Virus record (IMG/VR): IMGVR_UViG_3300014631_000001
Coordinates: 19,662 to 83,661 of that record
Source of the DNA: a virus
Taxonomy: Duplodnaviria; Heunggongvirae; Uroviricota; Caudoviricetes
DNA length: 64,000 nucleotides
Reading direction: 5' to 3' (one strand)
Made by a program: the position numbers and the translations under genes
Part shown: piece after piece, positions 9,708 through 18,427 of the stretch
Position numbering within the stretch: position 1 is the stretch's first letter
Layout: each line of letters opens with the position of its first letter
Notes under the pieces: model-generated
Told to the model about the DNA's origin: nothing
The model's input: the letters and a program-made list of their open reading frames with translations, nothing else
The model's database searches: none

Positions 9708-10508
9708 GTGATTATGTCTGACACACTGATCGTTGAAGCAAGAACCCCGCCGCGTTATACATCGTCTTACGATTTTTCAATGTTTGACCGTGATTTTGGC
9801 GGTTCCTCTCCTGATGTTCTAGATGCGCTTCGACTTGGCGAAAGGATTGAGGCTTGTGAAGATGGAACAAAGACAGCCCAAATTTTGGAAACTTGCAAAG
9901 CTGCTGTACGTGATAACATGATGGATATGGTTCTGCGGCTGCTGCGCGCAGCAGCCTATGCAGATGATCGGCGCGCTAAATTTCCTACTGAGGCTTTGTT
10001 TAGCAACTACGAAGGCGACGCATCAAACGGCTTTCAACCTACCTATCAAACCGAATTAACTAATTCGGCCTTTGCTCCTTTGGCTGCCTTATTCCATTAT
10101 ACCTTTGGAAACGGCGAGCCGATGTTTGTTAACTTAGACAAGCTAAGTTTTAACCTTAACCAAAACAATATGGCGCCTATCTCCCGTTTACTTGAGTCTG
10201 GTCAGGTTGGCGTTTTCCAGATCAATGAATGGATGGGTTATGATTTTAAGGAAAGTAGCTATTGGGAATGGTCTTATCTTGGCCGTATTTCGTTATTAGC
10301 TCAAGGTACCTTGAAAATTGATGATCAAGGAAACTGGACTTTCCAAGGAGCAGTTTCGGGTACTAAAGATATTTATGACCCAAACCCAGACCCTAGCCGT
10401 GGTGCGGTAGGAGAATCACTGACTGATGTTCTCCGATCGCTTAAAGGCACGGACTTTGATATTAATTTTCAAGGTGAACATAAGGTCATTATGGCCGGCA
10501 AGAAGTGA
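9708..10508 (+). CDS. hypothetical protein (266 aa)
   Basis: Clean ORF. Convergent with a membrane-anchored partner and they share a terminator. Confidence 0.55.
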   Translation: MIMSDTLIVEARTPPRYTSSYDFSMFDRDFGGSSPDVLDALRLGERIEACEDGTKTAQILETCKAAVRDNMMDMVLRLLRAAAYADDRRAKFPTEALFSNYEGDASNGFQPTYQTELTNSAFAPLAALFHYTFGNGEPMFVNLDKLSFNLNQNNMAPISRLLESGQVGVFQINEWMGYDFKESSYWEWSYLGRISLLAQGTLKIDDQGNWTFQGAVSGTKDIYDPNPDPSRGAVGESLTDVLRSLKGTDFDINFQGEHKVIMAGKK

Positions 10509-10513
10509 TAGCA

Positions 10514-10537
10514 AAGGGGGCCTTGGCCCCCTTTTTT
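10514..10537. terminator. bidirectional terminator AAGGGGGCCTTGGCCCCCTT + T6
   Basis: Seen in the sequence between convergent genes. Confidence 0.7.
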
Positions 10538-10886
10538 AGTTACTAGAATACTCAATATCACTCAGCCTTGAGCAACGAGGCATTGCAAAATACTGCTTCC
10601 TTGGTTCCTGCTCCAGCTTAAATGGAACTAAAACCGTAGAGTAATCAACTTTTACTCTGTTGACGTCAACCTTGATATCCTTTGCAGTAATATCTAAATT
10701 AGAGAAAATCTTATTTGAGGGGCGTGTAACATCTTTGACCACAGCACTAACTGCATCATTGACATCAACGACTTTGCAAGCCTGTATATCTTCCTTATGC
10801 CCTTGGTCTATAGACCAGTAAGCGTAAGCTCCCGCAAGCACTACGATCGCCGCTACACCAGTTAATACTGTTACCACCTTTCCCAT
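10536..10886 (-). CDS. N-terminally membrane-anchored periplasmic protein, hypothetical
   Basis: VVTVLTGVAAIVVLAGAYAYW TM helix, then a hydrophilic domain. Confidence 0.5.
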   Translation of the reverse strand: MGKVVTVLTGVAAIVVLAGAYAYWSIDQGHKEDIQACKVVDVNDAVSAVVKDVTRPSNKIFSNLDITAKDIKVDVNRVKVDYSTVLVPFKLEQEPRKQYFAMPRCSRLSDIEYSSN

Positions 10887-11124
10887 AACATCCCTGCCTT
10901 TGTGAAGTAACTATATATAAATGATAAACGTTTTCATTTGAGTAGTTAAGACGAAAAATCAGGTGTTGACAGGCCGAATTTTGATCAAACGAATACGGGA
11001 GGATGAAAAAGTATAAGATAGGTATTTACCTACCTACATATATCATTTATAGTCAGCCTCGTTTTCGGCGATGAGCGATTGTTTTTATCCTTAAAATAAA
11101 TGCAAACGATAATCAGTATCTGGC

Positions 11125-11335
11125 AGTAGCCTAACGGTCAAACACCAGCAGGGTCAGTCTCCAGCCCTGTTATCGAAATGGAGCAGACTGAGCGAGTCTG
11201 ATTGCAGAACGTAGAGACGGTGGCTTCGGCCACCCGACCGATGGAGTAACGAGATGGGTAGGGACAATTCGGTCATAAACCCCCGGATTCAAAGGCGTCA
11301 CTACCCATCTCGTTACGTCATTTTATTACTTATGT
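11125..11335 (+). ncRNA. candidate structured non-coding RNA, family unknown
   Basis: 510-bp gene-free region. 16-bp perfect stem GTAACGAGATGGGTAG / CTACCCATCTCGTTAC (about 11246-11327). GGTGGC-UUCG-GCCACC tetraloop hairpin (11219-11234). CAGGG...CCCTG stem (11150-11175). TTGACA -35-like hexamer at 10963. Confidence 0.3.
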
Positions 11336-11411
11336 CGATTTGTCTTGGATTGAACAAAACGGCGACGTAACCCGGCCAGCTGGGTGAGCTGGCAAACATT
11401 CAGGGGTCGAT

Positions 11412-11624
11412 ATGCAAGACGTTGATGAGCTTAAGCGAGGAGCCGCAAATCTCTTTGCCAAAGCTATTCAACAGTATCGTGGTGATTACGGCTCCACGAC
11501 CATTGTAGAGGCAGTAAAGCAAGGGAGTTCGACGATGACCATTAGCCATGACGGAACAATATCGGTCCACAAAGATGGTGTGCTGAGAGTGCGAATGGGT
11601 AGCCTTGTTGGTAATTCTCAATGA
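11412..11624 (+). CDS. small hypothetical protein
   Basis: 70 aa. Its stop overlaps a copy of the 15-mer AATGATTCCATACAT. Confidence 0.35.
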   Translation: MQDVDELKRGAANLFAKAIQQYRGDYGSTTIVEAVKQGSSTMTISHDGTISVHKDGVLRVRMGSLVGNSQ

Positions 11625-11749
11625 TTCCATACATATCAGAGTTTAGATCCGCACCACGCACCTAACCTTGGTGCTCATGACAAGATTTTTTAGCTTTGCA
11701 GTATCAATGCCCCTCGAAGGGCTACATATAAAATACAAAGGAAAAACAC

Positions 11750-12361
11750 ATGTCAGAAGTCAAAAAGGTTATCACCGCGTCCGACCGCTCAGCCAAAGGC
11801 GTTGTTAAAGCTGTTGCCGATCTGAGTAAGGTTGCAGTCGAGCTGACAGCTCTGGCGCAGTCTAACGTCAACCTGGCCGAAGAAATTGAGTTCAAGCAGT
11901 CCCAGCTGGCCGACCTGGATAACCAGATCAACACCAAAGAACGTGAAGGTGCTGCCCAGCTGCGTCTGCGTGTTATCGAAAACGAAGATCGCGTACTGGC
12001 TGACCTGATGAAAGCTCGTGGCCTGGCGACCATCTCCGTTGTAGATCTGAACCAGCTGAACACTCGTGCGGTGAACGCTGAAGCAGGCAATGAGCAGGCA
12101 GTTGAAGAAGCGCGTACCTCTGCATTCCGTCAGGCTGAATCTGCTGCCAAGGCTCAGATTGCTCAGCTGCAGGGCGACCACCGTGTAGAAATGGCTGAGC
12201 TGAACGCAAACAGCAAAGCTAAAGACAACCGCATCGAGTTCCTCGAAGCGCAGGTTACTCAGCTGCAGGGCGAAGTGAAAGCTGAACGTGACACTCGTCT
12301 GGAAATCGCTAAAGCGGAATCTAACCGCCAGGGCGTTACCGTAAACACCGGTAAGAACTAA
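11750..12361 (+). CDS. coiled-coil protein, hypothetical (likely highly expressed)
   Basis: AAAGGAAAAACACATG start region. Low-complexity A/E/Q-rich heptad-like sequence. Two hairpins downstream, including a classic terminator. Confidence 0.65.
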   Translation: MSEVKKVITASDRSAKGVVKAVADLSKVAVELTALAQSNVNLAEEIEFKQSQLADLDNQINTKEREGAAQLRLRVIENEDRVLADLMKARGLATISVVDLNQLNTRAVNAEAGNEQAVEEARTSAFRQAESAAKAQIAQLQGDHRVEMAELNANSKAKDNRIEFLEAQVTQLQGEVKAERDTRLEIAKAESNRQGVTVNTGKN

Positions 12362-12541
12362 GTTGCGTGTCTGTTCCCTTCCGGGGGGGCAGCACATCGT
12401 AGAGCGGGTTGGGTTTATTTATTCACTTAAAGGCTCCGCTAACAGTCCCTCAGCCCGCTCTACGCTGTGTACGCAGCAGATTATGTCTGCAATCGGTAGC
12501 TGACATCGTCGAACTCCAAACCTTACTTATAGCGCAAATAC

Positions 12542-12566
12542 CAAAGGGGCTTCGGCCCCTTTTTGT
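12542..12566 (+). terminator. rho-independent terminator GGGGCTTCGGCCCC + T5
   Basis: Seen in the sequence. Confidence 0.75.
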
Positions 12567-12607
12567 TGAGGCAAATATTGAGCAAATTAACTCATGACTT
12601 GCCCTGC

Positions 12608-13000
12608 TTAAGATGAGAAGTAACTGCGCCCACGCTCTTTACAAACCAGCTCGAACATGGCTTTGGGGAAAGACACCCCACCAGAGTTAGCCAGCTTTCC
12701 TTTTTCATCGACCTTTATTTGAGCCACAAAATGTTCAAAACCATTGTAGCCACCGTAAGAGTTTTTTGCGTTGTACTCTTCACATACAGCACCAGCCATA
12801 CCTCCATCCTCAGTGCGATGACCGCTAAATGTAAGGTTTTTTGTCTTCAAACTGGCAGGATCTTTAAGCTCGTCGCGTAAAACATCCCTTGCATAATCAA
12901 ATGTTGTATCCATTAGTTCCTCATCAGTTTTCTTATCCTCATGGAAGAAAACTATTGCGCCCATAATGGCCAAAATTACAAAAGCATACTTTGTCTTCAT
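12608..13000 (-). CDS. secreted/periplasmic protein, hypothetical
   Basis: Signal-peptide-like N-terminus MKTKYAFVILAIMGAIVFF. Confidence 0.55.
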   Translation of the reverse strand: MKTKYAFVILAIMGAIVFFHEDKKTDEELMDTTFDYARDVLRDELKDPASLKTKNLTFSGHRTEDGGMAGAVCEEYNAKNSYGGYNGFEHFVAQIKVDEKGKLANSGGVSFPKAMFELVCKERGRSYFSS

Positions 13001-13119
13001 CTTTATCCCTTACAGTTTGAATACAATTGTTATCGGATAATGGGAGGAAAACTTTAAATGGCACTAGGTAGTGACCAACCTATATTTATTCGTTATTCTT
13101 TTATTCTTCTTATCAGGTA

Positions 13120-13662
13120 ATGGATGCCTACTATCTTGAAGGGAATCAAATGTCAAAGCTCACGTTATCAGAATACCAGAGCATTAAGGTCGTTGAAGCG
13201 GCCAAAATAGTAACCATCACCGACGCCACAATTGGCTTAAGCCTGCACAAAAGTGTGGTGGATCTGGAAGTCGGGCAGGATTTCATTGTACGACATCAAC
13301 CAGAAATTGGCGGTTATTTTGTTCGCTACGAAGATGGCTATGAGTCTTATTCTACGGCTGCAGCGTTCATTGGACTGGCTAAAGCCAGCTTTGCGGCATC
13401 GTTCGGCGTTGCTATCGAGCTGCTGAAGGAGGGTGATCGTGTTGCTCGTAAGGGCTGGAATGGCAAGGATATGTACCTTGTTTTGGTGGGCGGCAATACC
13501 ATCCGCCAGGCGATAGCCGACAACTATGGCCAGGCTGGGAAAATCTACCCTGTTGCCGATGCGATCTACATGAAGACTGCCGACAATAAACTGGTTCCTT
13601 GGCTGGCCAGCCAGACCGATGTACTTGCCGAAGATTGGGTGACTGTCGAGGCTGCTCTATGA
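13120..13662 (+). CDS. DUF2829-like phage protein (GDRVARKGWNGK motif)
   Basis: C-terminal GDRVARKGWNGKDMYL...WLASQTDVLAEDW, recalled as the DUF2829/MW1434 family signature. The true start may be the ATG at 13150. Confidence 0.5.
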   Translation: MDAYYLEGNQMSKLTLSEYQSIKVVEAAKIVTITDATIGLSLHKSVVDLEVGQDFIVRHQPEIGGYFVRYEDGYESYSTAAAFIGLAKASFAASFGVAIELLKEGDRVARKGWNGKDMYLVLVGGNTIRQAIADNYGQAGKIYPVADAIYMKTADNKLVPWLASQTDVLAEDWVTVEAAL

Positions 13663-13883
13663 AAGACCAGCACAAGAAAATAACAGGCTACCGAGATTTA
13701 TCACAGGCTGAAATTGATGGGATGAACGAGAGCAAGCAGCTAGCGCAGCAGGTTGGTCAGTTTATTGAAAAGCTTCAGGCAATTCCCAGCATTGATAAGC
13801 GCTGGCTTTCCATCGCGACTACAGACTTACAGAAAGGCTTTATGAGCCTGGTGCGAGCGATAGCTCAACCAACAACGTTTTAA
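13661..13883 (+). CDS. small hypothetical protein
   Basis: ATGA overlap with the upstream gene. 74 aa. Confidence 0.45.
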
Positions 13884-13891
13884 GGATAAAC

Positions 13892-14131
13892 ATGCACGTT
13901 AAAATTTACGGCAAGGACCAATGCGCCTTTTGCATCCGGGCTAAAGAGCTTGCCATACAACTGCAGGGCCAAGGCAAGCTGACTTATGAATATATTGACC
14001 TTCAGGAGGCTGGCATGGGTGCTGCTGAGCTGGGCGAGCTAGTTGGCCGGCCGGTACGAACGGTGCCGCAGATCTTAATTGATGACAAGCCTATCGGCGG
14101 TTATACTGAATTTTCGAAGTTTAGTACATAA
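13892..14131 (+). CDS. glutaredoxin-like protein (CxxC = CAFC)
   Basis: 79 aa, KIYGKDQCAFC...VPQILIDDKPIGGY thioredoxin-fold signature. NrdC/NrdH-like. Confidence 0.7.
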   Translation: MHVKIYGKDQCAFCIRAKELAIQLQGQGKLTYEYIDLQEAGMGAAELGELVGRPVRTVPQILIDDKPIGGYTEFSKFST

Positions 14132-14135
14132 TTGT

Positions 14136-14160
14136 TGGCTCCGTAAGGAGCCATTTTATT
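14136..14160. terminator. hairpin TGGCTCCGTAAGGAGCCA + T-run
   Basis: Seen between convergent genes. Confidence 0.6.
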
Positions 14161-14202
14161 TCATGATAATTAACTGCAATAATTATTGAAATTCTTATAA
14201 TG

Positions 14203-15237
14203 TCACTTTGGTTTTTGTGTTATAGACTGAAGGTGTCGTAGCAAAAGGAAATCATCTGGAGATTCGAAGTTTACATAACCATTTGATTCAACGTAACCTT
14301 GCGCAATTCTCGGATGCCTAAGTGTATCCATGGGTAATGGTTTCTTTGCAAAGGGGTTATGCAAAACATATAATCCATCAAGCAGATGCTCAACGTAATC
14401 CCTTTTAAGGGCCTGATGAATTTTTGGAAAAAGCGAGTCACCATTAGGAGTATAAGATGTATAAACTGTCAATGCTGATGGATTATCTGCTAGCGCGCGA
14501 ATCTTACCCCATGTTGCTAAGCTACTATAAATAACAGCACTTACATCTGAATACTCAGGCGTACAGAACAAACCCATATCAATGTTAGTTTTTTCATTCT
14601 TAATTGCAGCATCAACGTTATATGAAACTATTGATTTCAAACCAGATTGAAGAGTAGCATCTTCATCATGGTATAAACCGTACAAAGTTGCTAGAATTGG
14701 CCTTGCTGCTGCGAAATGAGCAAAAGGCCTATCAAAGGAAGCAATCGCTATAATAAAAGGCTTATCTTCGCATTGCGGCAAAGAAGAATATCTTCCCCTT
14801 AATTTCCGCACTTTAGATATAAAGCTATTGCTAATTCTTATGGAAGCTTCTGAGTTAAATTTATTGAAATCTGTAGGTAAATCTTCTGGGCTAAACCCAT
14901 AGGTACCTGGCTCACCTTTAGCTGGGAGTGCTACAGTAGCCTCAATACATAATTCATGATCTTTCACTACAACAAAGTCCGGAGCGTCATAAGAAAAATC
15001 GGTTACCAAGCCCAATTCTTTAAGATAAGCATGAAGATATAACTCCCAAAGACAAGGTTCAAAAGCGGTTTGAAATTCCTTAACGAATTTATTATCTCTA
15101 TCTTCAAATCCTTTCGCCCATTCATTTAAAACTTTTCTTTCAGGGAGATATTGGTCGTTTTTAAGAAGTTTATAAATCGGATGTTGTTTGGTGTCAGTTA
15201 CAATATCAGTAAATAAATCAAGATGGGACATATGCAC
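14203..15237 (-). CDS. hypothetical protein with possible PD-(D/E)xK-like motif, AT-rich accessory gene
   Basis: 344 aa. APDFVVVKDHELCIEATV resembles a PD...E.E nuclease core, but weakly. AT-rich. Confidence 0.55.
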   Translation of the reverse strand: MHMSHLDLFTDIVTDTKQHPIYKLLKNDQYLPERKVLNEWAKGFEDRDNKFVKEFQTAFEPCLWELYLHAYLKELGLVTDFSYDAPDFVVVKDHELCIEATVALPAKGEPGTYGFSPEDLPTDFNKFNSEASIRISNSFISKVRKLRGRYSSLPQCEDKPFIIAIASFDRPFAHFAAARPILATLYGLYHDEDATLQSGLKSIVSYNVDAAIKNEKTNIDMGLFCTPEYSDVSAVIYSSLATWGKIRALADNPSALTVYTSYTPNGDSLFPKIHQALKRDYVEHLLDGLYVLHNPFAKKPLPMDTLRHPRIAQGYVESNGYVNFESPDDFLLLRHLQSITQKPK

Positions 15238-15315
15238 CCTCTAAGTTTTAACGGTTTTCATTACTAAATTTACAAGACCTAAAAAAGAGGCTAGACCAAG
15301 CCTCTTAATTAAGAT

Positions 15316-15573
15316 TCACTTCCCACCGTTGGCCTTGATCGTAATACCATTCTCATATTTATAAACTGTAATATTACTGTCTAAATGAATCATTCTTTGG
15401 TGGCAATCCATACAAACTGTAATGAGGGCTTCAACTAATGCTGGCCCACCCTTTGAATACTCCCAAATGTGATGGGCCTGTAAATTCTCAGTCGAAGCAC
15501 AAAATTGACAAATGCCAAAATCAAGCAATCTTCTTTCTCTTTGGGCCTTTAAATGCTCGTAAGGCCTACTCAT
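15316..15573 (-). CDS. HNH endonuclease (small, stand-alone)
   Basis: CQFC...AHHIWEYSKGG...CMDCHQRMIH HNH/zinc motif. Confidence 0.7.
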   Translation of the reverse strand: MSRPYEHLKAQRERRLLDFGICQFCASTENLQAHHIWEYSKGGPALVEALITVCMDCHQRMIHLDSNITVYKYENGITIKANGGK

Positions 15574-15824
15574 TAAGGTTTTTCCTCTTCATCATCATTT
15601 AAAGCTAAAGCTAAATTTTCTTTTCTGCGCTTCATCATTAATCTCAATGACTTATCAGGCCCATCAATCCTTGAGACTTCAGTAAGATTACCCTCTTCTT
15701 CTTCAGCCTCGATAAACTTCAGTATTTTTTTGACAGTCTCTTTTTTACCTGAGATACCGATATTTGCTGTCCATTGATCGTCAGATTTATCTGTCATCTT
15801 TTTTGGCCTTGACGTTAAATTCAA
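15573..15824 (-). CDS. acidic hypothetical protein
   Basis: 83 aa. Overlaps neighbours on both sides, so it sits in the same operon. Confidence 0.4.
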   Translation of the reverse strand: MNLTSRPKKMTDKSDDQWTANIGISGKKETVKKILKFIEAEEEEGNLTEVSRIDGPDKSLRLMMKRRKENLALALNDDEEEKP

Positions 15825-16170
15825 TAGTTATTTCAGTTTCAGTATCATATCTCTGAAGCTTACCGATGCCGGACGTTATAACCAAACAAATATTTTTGTT
15901 AAAGGTAGGTAAACCATTTTCAAAGCCATCAACATAAAATATCTTGTAGTCAAGACCATCACGGACTATAGCGAACCCCTCATCTAAAAGGTCGAATGTA
16001 TATGAGTTTACTATTTCATAGTCTTTATAAAATTGAGGCTTATATTCTTTAATTCCTTCTAAAGCATATACATAAAACTCACCTGACTCTTTACGTACAA
16101 CAAGATTGTGCTCAGACAAGCTGATGACACTATCGCCAGGTCTCAGCACCTTAAAACGAAACTCTTTCAT
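15787..16170 (-). CDS. hypothetical protein (first gene of AT-rich minus-strand operon)
   Basis: 127 aa. RBS-like AGGAGG upstream on the minus strand. Confidence 0.5.
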   Translation of the reverse strand: MKEFRFKVLRPGDSVISLSEHNLVVRKESGEFYVYALEGIKEYKPQFYKDYEIVNSYTFDLLDEGFAIVRDGLDYKIFYVDGFENGLPTFNKNICLVITSGIGKLQRYDTETEITIEFNVKAKKDDR

Positions 16171-16267
16171 AAAACCTCCTCAACCTCTTAGTAAGGTCGA
16201 TTTATGTTTTACTAAGTGACTGATGCTTTGTCCAGAGAATTTATCAGATTTTACGTAGTGCCACTTT

Positions 16268-16300
16268 AATGATTCCATACTTATATAGTATGGAATCATT
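16268..16300. promoter_or_regulatory. perfect palindrome AATGATTCCATACT-TATA-AGTATGGAATCATT in a divergent intergenic region
   Basis: 14-bp arms. Shares its 13-15-bp core with four other sites in the window. Confidence 0.6.
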
Positions 16301-16343
16301 ATAAAATCCGAGCTATGCTGACCCTAAAAAAGAGGTTTCGCAT

Positions 16344-17474
16344 ATGCGCAGTGATTTTGATTTGGCTAAAGCAGCAGAGAACTGTTCCGCAGAGACGATC
16401 GCGTTTTTGCAGACCGTCATCGAGTCGCCGCTTGACCAGCTGGAAGATTTTAGTGATTCCGACCCGGCATTCAGGAAAGCATTCATGCTTTTCACTCGGC
16501 TATCTTTGCTAGTGACGCGCCGCCGACCAGAGCTGGGTGTGCATTGTATTTTGATACACGTTTTGCCGAAAATTGGAGATCTGCCAATTTCCAAAATCAC
16601 TAAGGTGGTGGTGAACAGGCTGACGAACCCACTGATTGTCGAAGGCAAGATTGTCCAGGGCAAACGTGTATTTTCTGTAATGAAGCAGTTTCTGGCATGG
16701 TGCGTTTTCCAGGGGTACCTGGAAAACTCACCAGTTGGCGATATACCACTGAACAAGGTGGGCGGCTCCAACCCTAAGCCCAGAGAACGCACGCTGACTG
16801 ATGCGGAGATCTGGGTGTTCTGGCATCTATGGGACTACCACGACGTGTGCGAAGTAACGCGCTGGTCAGCCAGATTAACGCTCGCAGCTGCACGACGCCC
16901 GGACGAGATTTTACGTGCGAGAGTTGCTGAATTTGACCTAAACAACAATATTTGGAATCAGGGGAACCGCAACAAATCCCATCGTGAACACCGGCTTCCG
17001 ATCAGCCCTATAATGAGGCTGTGCATCAAGAAGCTCATCGCGGCCGGCAACGGTAGTGAATGGCTCGCGCCGTCCAACAAAAAGCCAGGCCAGCCAATGT
17101 CGAAAGTAGCCATCAGCCAGTCACTGCGAAGGATATTGGAATCCCCGGAGATGGCAGACATTGATCCTTTCACCCCACGCGATTTGCGTAGAACGGCAAG
17201 GAGCTGTCTGGCCGGGCTGGACGTGCCCAGCGATGTCTCAAGGAAGATTCTAAATCAAAGCCTTGAAGGCATCGACCGGGTGTACGACAGGCACGATTAT
17301 TTGGATCAGATGCAAGAAGCACTGTACAAATACTCAGTATTTTTGTTTAATGTAGTCGAACGCGAGGGAGTGGAGGATTTGAGCCACAAATACAAAGGCG
17401 ACCGCCTTGATTTATCAAACAGTCGCCTTGGGCTTGGAGTCGTTAACTTTCGATTGCAGCAAGTATATTCTTGA
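16344..17474 (+). CDS. tyrosine-type site-specific recombinase/integrase
   Basis: C-terminal catalytic region with RRPDEIL, HR...LP, RDLRRTA, ...VYDRHDY (R-H-R-Y pattern). Confidence 0.7.
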   Translation: MRSDFDLAKAAENCSAETIAFLQTVIESPLDQLEDFSDSDPAFRKAFMLFTRLSLLVTRRRPELGVHCILIHVLPKIGDLPISKITKVVVNRLTNPLIVEGKIVQGKRVFSVMKQFLAWCVFQGYLENSPVGDIPLNKVGGSNPKPRERTLTDAEIWVFWHLWDYHDVCEVTRWSARLTLAAARRPDEILRARVAEFDLNNNIWNQGNRNKSHREHRLPISPIMRLCIKKLIAAGNGSEWLAPSNKKPGQPMSKVAISQSLRRILESPEMADIDPFTPRDLRRTARSCLAGLDVPSDVSRKILNQSLEGIDRVYDRHDYLDQMQEALYKYSVFLFNVVEREGVEDLSHKYKGDRLDLSNSRLGLGVVNFRLQQVYS

Positions 17475-17823
17475 GCTTTTCATCTGATAGAGTGCCGGAT
17501 GATTTTTTTTTGTCTCTTAAGGCATTGACTATCTGGCGCTCTTCGTCACTCAGGCTAGGGAGGTTGTTCTTTATGAATTGGTGGATGACCGGGTATCGTT
17601 CTTCCAGCACCAGCATCATAAAGCGAGTCTCGTCTGTCCCAAGAGCTTCAGCGAGAGGGGAGACTTTTTCCAATGGCATCGGCAGTCGGCCGGTTTTGAT
17701 GTTGGAAAGGTTGTTTGCGTTTTCGTAGCCAATCTCAGAGGCGATCTGAGTCTGCGACTTTGGCGAAGTCAAAATCAGCCCCTCAATAAACGCTGAAATT
17801 CGGTTACCTTTTTTAGCGACCAT
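17443..17823 (-). CDS. XRE-family HTH transcriptional regulator (repressor-like)
   Basis: SQTQIASEIGYENANNLSNIKTG helix-turn-helix. Overlaps the 3' end of the integrase convergently. Confidence 0.65.
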   Translation of the reverse strand: MVAKKGNRISAFIEGLILTSPKSQTQIASEIGYENANNLSNIKTGRLPMPLEKVSPLAEALGTDETRFMMLVLEERYPVIHQFIKNNLPSLSDEERQIVNALRDKKKSSGTLSDEKLKNILAAIES

Positions 17824-18427
17824 ATTAGTTTTTTTCCTGCTTACTTATGCGAAATAATTATTAATTTGAGGTGTCATTTGCACCATTGCCCTGAGTGTAT
17901 TACCGGCCAGAAAGTAAGTAAAGGGTTATCCCTGCTTTAGGATAAGTAACTCACTAACTATTGAGTTTAAACAGGTTTTTCAAGGCTCAATGGGAATTAT
18001 TTTTGATATAAAACCTTTGATTTTTGTTACATACCGTATAAGATGCCGCCTCAATAAATCAGAACTGTCTCAAAGGTTGTTTATGGATGATCTAATCGCC
18101 TCCCTGCAGGCACTTGGCGTGGGTATGCTTATCGCCGTTCCTTACCATTTAGTTTCGGACATTATCCTTAGCTGCAACGGCATAGACATCGACTGCGGAG
18201 ATGACGCAGTGGCATGTTTTCACATCAATATTGAGCAAATGAAGTACACCCTTGCCTGTACTGGCGAAACCAACCTGGTCACACGTTTTCTCTGATTCTA
18301 TTTAGCCTTTCTTAAAATCCAAACCTTGTTGCTAGCCTGCGCGTCAATGGTCTCAATCATTGCGCGCAATGCTATTATCACAACCCAGAAAACAAATTGT
18401 TTTCACATACAAGAAATGGAAAAACAC

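Noticed and set aside
11789-12397. 202-aa ORF on the minus strand
   Set aside because: Fully antisense to the well-supported coiled-coil gene 11750..12361. Low-complexity mirror translation and no RBS.
16313-16792. 159-aa minus-strand ORF
   Set aside because: Antisense to the 5' part of the integrase gene.
17990-18295. 101-aa ORF divergent from the XRE repressor (possible cro-like gene)
   Set aside because: No HTH recognisable. The N-terminus lies in AT-rich promoter-like sequence. It might encode a shorter peptide but the evidence is insufficient.
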